Shown here in pieces: positions 9,121 through 17,397 of a DNA stretch of 46,290 nt. The stretch is from NCBI GenBank assembly GCA_001825315.1, contig MHVR01000015.1:1-46290 (forward strand). Direction: 5' to 3'. The stretch comes from Candidatus Zambryskibacteria bacterium RIFCSPHIGHO2_02_FULL_43_14. Its GTDB lineage: Bacteria > Patescibacteriota > Minisyncoccia > Phycocordibacterales > Zambryskibacteraceae. The notes below the pieces were generated by a model. The model saw only the letters and a program-made list of their open reading frames with translations, was not told the DNA's origin and did no database searches. The translations under genes and the position numbers were made by a program. Position 1 is the first letter of the stretch, and the number at the start of each line of letters is the position of its first letter.

Positions 9121-10758
9121 CCTTAAAGTTCCGGGTGTCGGAACCGGGGTTGGGGTTGGCGATGGGTTAGGATTGGTAAATCCCGATTCAAATGCTCCCA
9201 TATCTGGAGCTGATCCGGCATACGGCAAACTCACGCCATCTCCTGCGTTCCAACTAATCGCGGAAACCAAGGTAATATTATGGCTTGAATAATCAATAGA
9301 CTTAATCTTAACCGGAGCATTTGATCCGACTTTGATTGCATCCGCTTCAATCATGCCATCATAGCCGTCTTGAAAAAATCCACTTCTTACGACTGGGACG
9401 ACAGTTCCATTTCCCGAAGAACGGGTTGCTGTCAGCTGATTACCCGCGTCAATAGCCGGACTGCCTGAAGCTAAACGATAATCACGACCGGATGAATTAA
9501 CAAACAATCCTGATGCGGAACCGATTTCTTTGCCTTTAGGCTCCTGCCCGGTCGATTTAAATGAAGCCAAATTTGAATACACTTGATCCCACAATATTCC
9601 TTTGGGCCCGAACTTGTACATATTTCCTTCCATATTAATTGACCCGCGATTAACACTGCCAAAAGCTCCATGCAAAACATAATTTTGACTATCTATAAAT
9701 AGATTATTAATAAAAGTGATTCCGAAAGACGTATTTGAGGAATCGCCGAAAAGCACGTTATGATTATTCTCGTTGACCATTGTATTGTTAAAAATCGTAG
9801 TGTTGTTATAGGGCGGAGAGTAAAAAGTCAGCTGGCCTTCAGTCGTCATGTTGTTGTATCTCATAATCGCATTTGAAGTTCCCAAACCGCTGAATTTAGT
9901 CCCGCCATTTTTGCCGTAAATAGTATTGTTTTCAACCAGATAGTAACCTGCGTCAGAATTTCTCCCCCCCAAATCAATGCCATCTGCATCGCCGGATAAA
10001 TTATTGTTGTAAACCGTATTATTCCTAACCACTACATGATGCGCCCCGCAGCCAAATCCGTTAAAAACATCTCCCCCGCCGACACCGATTGCGTCGTAAT
10101 TATCAACCCCTGCGTTGTTGTACACAATATTATTTTCAATCAAATAATATCCGCCGAAGGAACATTCGTAAACAAAAATACCTCCTACGGTATTATCGTG
10201 AATATTATTTCCACGAATAATAGCGTCGTGGCGAAGATTTCGAGGTAGATTAGGATTAGAACCTCCGGTGCCAATACCATGCATTGCATTATGGTGAATA
10301 TGATTATTGATAAACCAAACACCCATACTTCCACCCCCATCAATGCCGCTACCGTCATACCGAGCGCTTTTGATGCCATTCCTGATTTCAAAACCTTCTA
10401 TGGTAATATAGTCAGCCGGAGAAAAAAGATTTCCGCTAACAGCGCCGCCTCCTTCAATAACAGGTGTTTCTCCCGGATAATTTTTGTAAGTAATTCTAGC
10501 GTTAACGGTTCCGGCTTTTGCGCGAACCGCTTCATTATAAATTCCTCCCCGAACCAAAACCGTATCGCCAGGCTGCATCGTGTTTCCGGCTTTGTTAATT
10601 GTCCGCCACGGCGAAGATTCAGCACCGGGATTAGAATCAGTACCACTGGTTGACACATAATAAGTGGCTGCTTGCGCTCTTATAGAAAAAGTAAAAGTAG
10701 CGAGAAGAAATAACCCTGAGGCAAAAAGATATTTAGGGCTCAATTGAATAAACAGCAT
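8962..10758 (-). CDS. secreted parallel beta-helix protein with dockerin
   Basis: The ORF track start at 10764 is a TTG. An ATG at 10758 gives MLFIQLSPKYLFASGLFLLATFTFSIRAQA, followed by ATYYVSTSGTDSNPGAESSPWRTINKA. It has beta-helix repeats, a linker (NPNPSPTPTPVPTP) and a dockerin. Its 5' end overlaps the 3' end of the cohesin-like gene. Confidence 0.8.
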   Translation of the reverse strand: MLFIQLSPKYLFASGLFLLATFTFSIRAQAATYYVSTSGTDSNPGAESSPWRTINKAGNTMQPGDTVLVRGGIYNEAVRAKAGTVNARITYKNYPGETPVIEGGGAVSGNLFSPADYITIEGFEIRNGIKSARYDGSGIDGGGSMGVWFINNHIHHNAMHGIGTGGSNPNLPRNLRHDAIIRGNNIHDNTVGGIFVYECSFGGYYLIENNIVYNNAGVDNYDAIGVGGGDVFNGFGCGAHHVVVRNNTVYNNNLSGDADGIDLGGRNSDAGYYLVENNTIYGKNGGTKFSGLGTSNAIMRYNNMTTEGQLTFYSPPYNNTTIFNNTMVNENNHNVLFGDSSNTSFGITFINNLFIDSQNYVLHGAFGSVNRGSINMEGNMYKFGPKGILWDQVYSNLASFKSTGQEPKGKEIGSASGLFVNSSGRDYRLASGSPAIDAGNQLTATRSSGNGTVVPVVRSGFFQDGYDGMIEADAIKVGSNAPVKIKSIDYSSHNITLVSAISWNAGDGVSLPYAGSAPDMGAFESGFTNPNPSPTPTPVPTPGTLRGDLNNDRIVNSLDWSIMNSRWFMNDVTADLNTDGIVNSLDFSIMNGNWLKQI

Positions 10759-11296
10759 TTTCAACTTGGATTAGTTGATCTTGACCTTGATATGCCACAT
10801 TGGTATCAGTCGTGCTTCCTGGTTTGAAATCAAATTTTAAATTAGACACTCCCATCTTGACGGCCTTAAAATGTATAGTGGCCAAAATTCCCCTTCCGGA
10901 GAAATTCGTGCCGCCTGTCGCTACTTGGCTAAATTTAATAGTACCCGCGGATTGATCTACAATATTGGCCGCATTGATCGATAAAATTGAGCCTGCCTGA
11001 ATCTGGATTCCTTCTTGTTCTGGAATATCGTCAACTACCTGGATAACTAATGGATCGTAATGCAAAACAAACACATCCACTCCGTCAATTGGCTGGTTTG
11101 CCGTGTCTAAAACAATATCAATTGCAAATAGACTGTTTAATTTCGCGGTTTCATTATTCGGATCTAATAACAATATCGCACCGACTTTGGAATCTTGAGT
11201 GTTTACATCCAAAGATCTGTTTTTATCAATTAAAAAAATAATCACGCCAAGAGCTAATAAAGCAAGGACCCCGTATAAAATTTTTTGTTGTTGCAT
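10733..11296 (-). CDS. membrane-anchored single cohesin-like domain protein
   Basis: 187 aa. It has an N-terminal TM segment (ILYGVLALLALGVIIFLI). The rest follows the cohesin pattern: FAIDIVLDTANQPIDGVDVFVLHYDPLVIQVV ... AGSIL ... GTIKFSQVATGG.NFSGRGILATIHFKAVKMGVSNLKFDF. Confidence 0.7.
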   Translation of the reverse strand: MQQQKILYGVLALLALGVIIFLIDKNRSLDVNTQDSKVGAILLLDPNNETAKLNSLFAIDIVLDTANQPIDGVDVFVLHYDPLVIQVVDDIPEQEGIQIQAGSILSINAANIVDQSAGTIKFSQVATGGTNFSGRGILATIHFKAVKMGVSNLKFDFKPGSTTDTNVAYQGQDQLIQVENAVYSIEP

Positions 11297-11319
11297 ATTT
11301 AGTTATTAATTATTTTAAA

Positions 11320-11478
11320 TCATACGCTTTTCAACCAATTCCCATTCATGATGGAAAAATCCAGAGAATTAACGATGCCGTCGATGTTCAAATCAGCAGC
11401 GGTATCATTCGTAAACCACCTGCCATTCATTATAGACCAATCCAGAGAATTGACGATCTTGTCATTGTTGAGATCACC
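11320..11478 (-). repeat. dockerin-module coding repeat, copy 7 of 9
   Basis: GDLNNDKIVNSLDWSIMNGRWFTNDTAADLNIDGIVNSLDFSIMNGNWLKSV. Confidence 0.75.
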
Positions 11479-12960
11479 CTTGAGAATTGAACCACCACTT
11501 GATGAAGGCGTTGGCGCAGGTCCGGTTGAACCACCGCTACCATATTCAATCGCACCGGCATCAGGGGCAGCGCCGTTGTATGGGAGACTTACGCCATCCC
11601 CGGCACTCCAAGTTATAGAACGATCTATAGTGACAGTATTATTCCCTGCTGCTTCGCCTACTGCTATTACTTTTACAACATTAGAACCTATCTGAATCGT
11701 ATCTCCATCTGTCAGGCCATACCCATCAAAAAAATAAAAACTGTCATCTACTGGCACGACAGTACCGGATCCGCTACTTCTGGTTTTAGTTAAAGCTCCT
11801 CCCGCGTCAATAGCATCACCGCCAGATGCTAATCTGAAATCTGTTGTTGAAAGACTGGCAAATAACTGGCTCAAACTTTGGGTTGAATATTTTCCCCCAC
11901 TTGGTTCTTGACCGGTAACAGTTCGCCAGCGATTATATTCAGCCAAGCTTGTGCCATAATTGGATTCTCCGCTTAGCATAGCCCAAATAATGGCTTGGTT
12001 TGAGAAGCGGTAAACATTGTGATCCATTCTAATGCTTGGCCATGCTCCATCAGCCGCATCCCGCGAATGCTGTAATAAATAACCTCCGGAGTACGCAAAA
12101 ATATTATTTTTGACGCTAACACCGCCCCAACCAGACGGGCCATCGCCATCCTGCCAAAACATAATACAGTTATTCAGACAATTAACTGCTGTATTATTAT
12201 AAATGGCAACTTCTTTAAACGGTTTGACGTAAAAAGTAAAACTCGTTCCGGTTATAGTATTGCGACGTAAAATCGAGCGGGTGGGAACTTTGTTGATTTT
12301 AATTTTACTTTCGTATGGATTATTTAAACATGATCCGGTGCAATAAGCAGTATTGCCATCATAAACTATGTGATGAATATTGCTTTCCAAGCTGCCGGCA
12401 TCAATGAAGTCGCCAATACCAGGACCCGGACTCCATAAAACATTATTTTTTACTACAAGATAATTGGTTCCATGAATTTCTATTCCGTCCCAGTTGTCTT
12501 TGCCTAACCAATCATGAATCCTATTGCCTTCAATCAAAAAATGACCGCCTGCGTCCCACATTACTATTCCACCTTGCGTACAATTATATACTTCATTATT
12601 GCGAATCTTGTGTCCGGAGCCGGTTAACCAAACGCAACTGTCATTTGAATTCCTGATTATCAAGCCCTCAATTGTGTTATTACTCCCATTTACTCTTAGT
12701 GGCACCGAGCCGTTACCTGCATCTAAAATCGGAGTCTCTCCTGGGTAATTTTTTATTGTCATATTACTTCCAGAAACGGTAAATCCACCGTTATAAGTAC
12801 CTCCTCGAATCTGAATCACATCTCCAGAAACGCCAAGGGCTGATTGAAGTTCTGAACTGCTAGAGACAGTTCTTGTGGCTGCAGTGACAGCCTTGCTAAA
12901 GCCAAAGGACAAAATAAACAAAATCCCAAGAATAATAAAATTAAGGATTTGATTCTTCAT
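11320..12960 (-). CDS. secreted parallel beta-helix protein with dockerin (paralog of 7298..8965)
   Basis: The ORF track start at 12975 is a TTG. The ATG at 12960 forms an ATGA overlap with the upstream stop. The first 26 residues are identical to the paralog. Confidence 0.8.
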   Translation of the reverse strand: MKNQILNFIILGILFILSFGFSKAVTAATRTVSSSSELQSALGVSGDVIQIRGGTYNGGFTVSGSNMTIKNYPGETPILDAGNGSVPLRVNGSNNTIEGLIIRNSNDSCVWLTGSGHKIRNNEVYNCTQGGIVMWDAGGHFLIEGNRIHDWLGKDNWDGIEIHGTNYLVVKNNVLWSPGPGIGDFIDAGSLESNIHHIVYDGNTAYCTGSCLNNPYESKIKINKVPTRSILRRNTITGTSFTFYVKPFKEVAIYNNTAVNCLNNCIMFWQDGDGPSGWGGVSVKNNIFAYSGGYLLQHSRDAADGAWPSIRMDHNVYRFSNQAIIWAMLSGESNYGTSLAEYNRWRTVTGQEPSGGKYSTQSLSQLFASLSTTDFRLASGGDAIDAGGALTKTRSSGSGTVVPVDDSFYFFDGYGLTDGDTIQIGSNVVKVIAVGEAAGNNTVTIDRSITWSAGDGVSLPYNGAAPDAGAIEYGSGGSTGPAPTPSSSGGSILKGDLNNDKIVNSLDWSIMNGRWFTNDTAADLNIDGIVNSLDFSIMNGNWLKSV

Positions 12961-13115
12961 ATTTGTTTTAGCCAATTTGAGTTAAGAATGGAAAAATCCA
13001 GAGAATTGACTATGCCGTCGGTGTTTAGATCAGCAGTGGTATCATTCGTAAACCATCTGCTATTCATAATTGACCAATCAAGAGAGTTTACGATGCGATC
13101 ATTGTTAAGGTCACC
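12957..13115 (-). repeat. dockerin-module coding repeat, copy 8 of 9
   Basis: GDLNNDRIVNSLDWSIMNSRWFTNDTTADLNTDGIVNSLDFSILNSNWLKQI. Confidence 0.75.
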
Positions 13116-14558
13116 TTTGAGAACAGTAGGAGTTGGAGTCGGGGGAGGTGTTGAACCTGAAGTACCGCCATATTCGTAAGCGCCGATGTCAAAAGCCGAG
13201 CCGACTGGACGATTTACACCATCATAGTCCTTTGTTGCTTCAGATAAAGTTGTTCCGGCATTAATGGCGGGAGAACCTGATTGCAACCGGAAATCCGGAA
13301 CAATTGTACTAAATTTGGATCCCGGAAGTTTAACGAACTTTGGATCTGCAAATATCCCGTGTGAGTCTTGTGAAGGCTTTGTCCCTCCGCCGGTAGAGTA
13401 CCAAAGGTTATAATCTAGAATATTGCTTCCGACATTGCCGGAAAGCAAGCTGCCGCCATTGCTGCTGTAAATAATATTGTTTTTAAAAATGGAGTTGGTG
13501 GCTAAATTACTGTTAATTTCAAGGTTGCCATCCGGATTATTAACTATGACATTGTTGTAAACTCTGATATTGCTTGCCACTCCGGCGTGAGCGCCAACGA
13601 GAATGCCCCAATTAGAATTGTTAAAGACAATGTTATTCCTGACTATAATATTGCTGGCGCCGTAAGAATTTTCAGAACCCACTTCAATTCCCCACCAATT
13701 ATCATGAATGTAATTATTCTCAATTATCGTGTCGGTTCCGCCGTCAATATAGATCCCGCCAGACCAGCAAAAATAGCTGCCGCTGTAAATGTGGTTGCGG
13801 GTGATCAGTCCTCCTTTGGGTTGACTGCCCGCGCCATGGCCTAAGACATCTATGCCAATGTTCGGATGGCCGTAGATTGTGTTGTTGGATATGGTAAAAC
13901 CGTTCACGTTCCCGTCAACAGTGATGGATTCGCTATCTCCGGTATTATTATTGAAGACTTCGTTATTATCAATAATAATGTTGGATCCGCCCATTATTCT
14001 AATTGGTGTGGAATACTGCGTTCCTTGGCCTGGGCATATGGTGCTATTGGAAGCCCAGTCAATATGGGTAATTTTGCCGTCTCTAAACTCAATATTATTG
14101 GAGGATCCTGTAACGATAAAACCTCCGGGTATGTATCCCCCGACATGATTAGTTAGATGCAGACCGATAAATTTAAGATAGTTTTTATTGTTAATATTTA
14201 TTATTCCGCGAACATCACCGGAAGCAATATCACCCTTGCCATCTATAATGGCTGTCTCACTTGGGGCGTTTCTAAAAGTAATATAAGCGCCAGCGGTTCC
14301 GCTGACATTTACATTCAATATTTCATAGTATGTCCCGCCTTTTATATTAACCGTACTTCCTGCTGTTGCTGAATTCATAGCCTTTTGGATAGTTTTCCAA
14401 GGCGCGCTCTGTGTCCCAGGATTGCTGTCACTGCCATTAGTAGCGACATAGTATTGGGTTGAGGTTTGAGATTTGACTGGCAGACTGGGATATAAAACAG
14501 ATACAACCAAAGTGAAAATTAAAACTAACCAGGTGTACTTTGATATTTTTTGTTTCAT
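12957..14558 (-). CDS. secreted parallel beta-helix protein with dockerin
   Basis: 533 aa. It has a signal peptide, QYYVATNGSDSNPGTQSAPWKTIQKAM, many NN.I.N-type beta-helix turns, a linker (TPPPTPTPT) and a dockerin. Confidence 0.8.
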   Translation of the reverse strand: MKQKISKYTWLVLIFTLVVSVLYPSLPVKSQTSTQYYVATNGSDSNPGTQSAPWKTIQKAMNSATAGSTVNIKGGTYYEILNVNVSGTAGAYITFRNAPSETAIIDGKGDIASGDVRGIININNKNYLKFIGLHLTNHVGGYIPGGFIVTGSSNNIEFRDGKITHIDWASNSTICPGQGTQYSTPIRIMGGSNIIIDNNEVFNNNTGDSESITVDGNVNGFTISNNTIYGHPNIGIDVLGHGAGSQPKGGLITRNHIYSGSYFCWSGGIYIDGGTDTIIENNYIHDNWWGIEVGSENSYGASNIIVRNNIVFNNSNWGILVGAHAGVASNIRVYNNVIVNNPDGNLEINSNLATNSIFKNNIIYSSNGGSLLSGNVGSNILDYNLWYSTGGGTKPSQDSHGIFADPKFVKLPGSKFSTIVPDFRLQSGSPAINAGTTLSEATKDYDGVNRPVGSAFDIGAYEYGGTSGSTPPPTPTPTVLKGDLNNDRIVNSLDWSIMNSRWFTNDTTADLNTDGIVNSLDFSILNSNWLKQI

Positions 14559-14570
14559 AAAGATGTTTAG

Positions 14571-14729
14571 TTAAATTGTTTTCAACCAATTCCTGTTCAT
14601 TATGGAGAAGTCTAGAGAATTAACAATACCGTAGGTGTTCAAATCAGCAGTGACATCATTCATAAACCACCTGCTATTCATTATAGACCAATCCAGAGAA
14701 TTGACGATCTTGTCGTTATTAAAGTCGCC
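14571..14729 (-). repeat. dockerin-module coding repeat, copy 9 of 9
   Basis: The 59-nt tract 14647..14705 is identical to 9038..9096. Confidence 0.75.
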
Positions 14730-16310
14730 TTTGAGAGTTGTGGTTGGAGATGGAGGAGTAGAGGCCGGAGAGACAGTTCCTCCGCTATTACAGCTGTTTC
14801 CTGATTGAGTATGAGAACTTCCTGATTCCGAAACATTAACACAACTCCCGCTAATGCCATTCATTACGTTATTCGTAATGGTGCCACCAGCGACTCCCCT
14901 TGCAAATTTAATGCCGTCTTCAGCCTCGCCATGGGTTGCGGATCTGTTATCAATGGTATTGTTGCGTACTATCGGACGATTAAGAGTTTCTCCGTTTTGA
15001 GAAATATAAAAAACGCCAGCAACATCTCTGCCGCCATAGCCCTTTGATGAATCGCGGACTATATATCCAAAATTATAGATATTATTATTTTCAACAATCA
15101 CATCATTAGAAGTAACTCCGCCATTGGTAGAATTGGTAACTTCTACTCCATTGGCAAGGTTATTGTGCATCTTGTTGCCTCGGACAACGCAGCTGTTGCA
15201 ATTTTTGATAATGATGCTCATGCCCAGATTATTGCCGTTTCCTCCGCCGTCCCACCAGCCCATGCCGTTGTCGTACACATCCATATTTTCCACGATGTGC
15301 CCAAAAAGCTGAACGCCGTTACCATTGGATCCTCCCGGTCCTCCACCGTAAAATTCAATACCTTCTCCCATTGATTCGCGGCAAATGCCGTTTTTAACGG
15401 TAATATTACTGCCACCGTAAACGCGAACGCATGATCCGTAATCACGGCCCCCGTGAGCCACAAAATTGATGCCATCCAATGTGATATTTTGAGCGCTTCC
15501 ATTAGCCCAAAATCCGTAATAGCCATATTTTACGTAAAAAGATCCGCCCGAAGGATTTCTTCTTACAACCACATTATTGGCTCCGCTTTCAGCATCAATC
15601 GGATAAGCAGCACAGTCGCCATTTTGGCAAGCAATGTGAATGTCTGCATTATTTGGATTAGCATCGCTTGGAAGACGAACCGAAATTGTGTTGCCGGAAG
15701 ATCCAGTACTTGTAAACTGTCCCGGCTGAAGCGAAGAACAAGATCCACCGCTAACCCACTTTAATCTTGTTCCTGGATCGTCTGGTCCTGAAGGATTTAC
15801 CCAAACTTGCGCGGTATTTGAACTACCAATATTTAAAGCATTGGTCTGCCAACCGCTTCCGCAGGATGACCAAATTCCAGAAACAACTTTAGGACTTGTC
15901 CCGTCAATAATCACAGTTTCACCCGGATAGTTTTCTATCGTAATACCTGAAATCTTAAGCGGAAGCACGGTATCTATTCCATTTCCGGAAATATTACAAG
16001 GCACCCCTCCAAAACCACTGTTTATTTTGTAAGTACCGCCTCGCAAAATCAATGTATCCCCTGCCGTAACTAAATTGTGAGTCAAGACATAAAACGGATT
16101 TGACCAAGGGCTTGAAACTGTACCGGAACCGCTGTTGGCTGTGCAGTCTGTTGAAAGTGAAGCCACAAAGTAAGTTGCCGCATTTACCACAGAATTAAAA
16201 CCAAAAAAGAAGACACCAAACACACCAACGATTAGAACCCTGTGTAGATATTTCACAGTATACATTGTAACAAAGTTGTCTTTATAAAATTCAATCTTAT
16301 GCACAACCAT
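14571..16310 (-). CDS. secreted parallel beta-helix protein with dockerin (first gene of the array)
   Basis: 579 aa. An alternative ATG at 16265 (MYTVKYLHRVLIVGVFGVFFFGF) gives a more typical signal peptide. It has beta-helix repeats and the dockerin GDFNNDKIVNSLDW...DLNTYGIVNSLDF. The second loop has Y in place of the canonical D/G. Confidence 0.8.
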   Translation of the reverse strand: MVVHKIEFYKDNFVTMYTVKYLHRVLIVGVFGVFFFGFNSVVNAATYFVASLSTDCTANSGSGTVSSPWSNPFYVLTHNLVTAGDTLILRGGTYKINSGFGGVPCNISGNGIDTVLPLKISGITIENYPGETVIIDGTSPKVVSGIWSSCGSGWQTNALNIGSSNTAQVWVNPSGPDDPGTRLKWVSGGSCSSLQPGQFTSTGSSGNTISVRLPSDANPNNADIHIACQNGDCAAYPIDAESGANNVVVRRNPSGGSFYVKYGYYGFWANGSAQNITLDGINFVAHGGRDYGSCVRVYGGSNITVKNGICRESMGEGIEFYGGGPGGSNGNGVQLFGHIVENMDVYDNGMGWWDGGGNGNNLGMSIIIKNCNSCVVRGNKMHNNLANGVEVTNSTNGGVTSNDVIVENNNIYNFGYIVRDSSKGYGGRDVAGVFYISQNGETLNRPIVRNNTIDNRSATHGEAEDGIKFARGVAGGTITNNVMNGISGSCVNVSESGSSHTQSGNSCNSGGTVSPASTPPSPTTTLKGDFNNDKIVNSLDWSIMNSRWFMNDVTADLNTYGIVNSLDFSIMNRNWLKTI

Positions 16311-16413
16311 CCGTATGCAACTTTTTGCTGTTTAAAAGAGTTATAATGAGCGAAGGGAACAAAATTATTATAAATATAAGAGCGCGTCTAATACGTGCTC
16401 CGTTCCCTTACAC

Positions 16414-16968
16414 ATGAGTACCAATTCTCCACTTTCGGATGCTCAAATTCTCAAAGATTCACAAAACTATCCGTGGATGTTTGGTATGTTAGTGGATCGC
16501 TACCAGGAAGCATTTCTCCGTAAGGCGTCTTACATTCTCCACTCGCATGACACTGCCGAAGATGCGGTGCAAGATACCTTTCTCAAGATATACAAGTATG
16601 CCCATAAATTCTCCGAGCAAAAAAATGCAAGTTTTAGTTCGTGGATATACAAAATTCTCATCAATACTTGTTATAGTCACGCTTCTCGACAAACTCAAGA
16701 AGCCGGCCGCGTGAAGGTAATGGATTTGGGCGACCTGGACGTCGTTCGGAGTACGGACAACTCGCTGGAGAAAGAGCAAACCTCATTTGTACAGTCCGTT
16801 CTCTCTCGTCTGCCATGTAATCTGTCACGACTTCTCTCTCTTTATTTCTTTGAAGAAAAAAGCTACAAAGAAATCGCTGTGCTAGAACATCTCTCACTTT
16901 CGGCTGTGCGTTCCGGTCTTCACCGTGCCAAGAAACAATTTAAAAATATTGCCGTCAAAATGGTATGA
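16414..16968 (+). CDS. RNA polymerase sigma-70 family (ECF-type) sigma factor
   Basis: 184 aa. The region 2-like segment is AEDAVQDTFLKIYKY and the region 4 HTH is SYKEIAVLEHLSLSAVRSGLHRAKKQF. It is divergent from the dockerin gene array. Confidence 0.8.
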   Translation: MSTNSPLSDAQILKDSQNYPWMFGMLVDRYQEAFLRKASYILHSHDTAEDAVQDTFLKIYKYAHKFSEQKNASFSSWIYKILINTCYSHASRQTQEAGRVKVMDLGDLDVVRSTDNSLEKEQTSFVQSVLSRLPCNLSRLLSLYFFEEKSYKEIAVLEHLSLSAVRSGLHRAKKQFKNIAVKMV

Positions 16969-17279
16969 CTATCTTTACTATAAAAAACAGAATAATGTTT
17001 GGTGTATATCTCATGTATTTCGTGCGAAAATTGAAAAACCCTTTTATTGCTGAAACTTTCGTGTTTGTCATTCTTGCAATAATTCTGTTTACTTTTATTT
17101 CAGTGCCAAGTATTTTATCAAACATGCTCGATTCGGGAAATTTCTATCGTTATTTTGTTATGGCCTTTTCTAATACAGAGATTTTTGTTCAATTAACCCT
17201 TATCCTAACGGGTATTGCCACACTACTTTTCGTGCGAAATATCACTGTTCACGCTATACTCAAAACACGCTTCGCATAG
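16965..17279 (+). CDS. small multi-TM membrane protein, translationally coupled to the sigma factor (possible anti-sigma role)
   Basis: 104 aa. It has an ATGA overlap with the sigma gene stop and about three hydrophobic segments. I recognise no motif. Confidence 0.6.
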   Translation: MTIFTIKNRIMFGVYLMYFVRKLKNPFIAETFVFVILAIILFTFISVPSILSNMLDSGNFYRYFVMAFSNTEIFVQLTLILTGIATLLFVRNITVHAILKTRFA

Positions 17280-17293
17280 AAATAGAGCAACAT

Positions 17294-17367
17294 GCCAAAG
17301 TAGTTCAATGGTAGAACACTGCTTTCGTAAAGCAGGAACGTGAGTCCGATTCTCACCTTTGGCTCCA
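17294..17367 (+). tRNA. tRNA-Thr (anticodon CGT), CCA encoded
   Basis: Manual cloverleaf: acceptor GCCAAAG/CTTTGGC, D stem GTTC/GAAC, anticodon stem CTGCT/AGCAG with loop TTCGTAA, T arm GTGAG-TCCGATT-CTCAC, then T-CCA. Confidence 0.85.
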
Positions 17368-17397
17368 GAATAAATGATTTTTTAGAGGAGGAAATGA

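Noticed and set aside
247-14729. ~150-nt repeats at roughly regular spacing that could be mistaken for a repeat array such as a CRISPR or satellite.
   Set aside because: The repeats are about 150 nt long, 1.3-2.4 kb apart, and in frame inside long ORFs as dockerin modules. This is not CRISPR geometry, and no cas genes are present.
16355-16391. An ECF-type autoregulatory promoter (GGGAAC ... CGTCTAA) upstream of the sigma gene.
   Set aside because: The spacing between AAC and CGTC is about 24 nt, whereas the expected spacing is 16-17 nt. The GGGAAC is better explained as one arm of the inverted repeat aagggaac/gttccctt.
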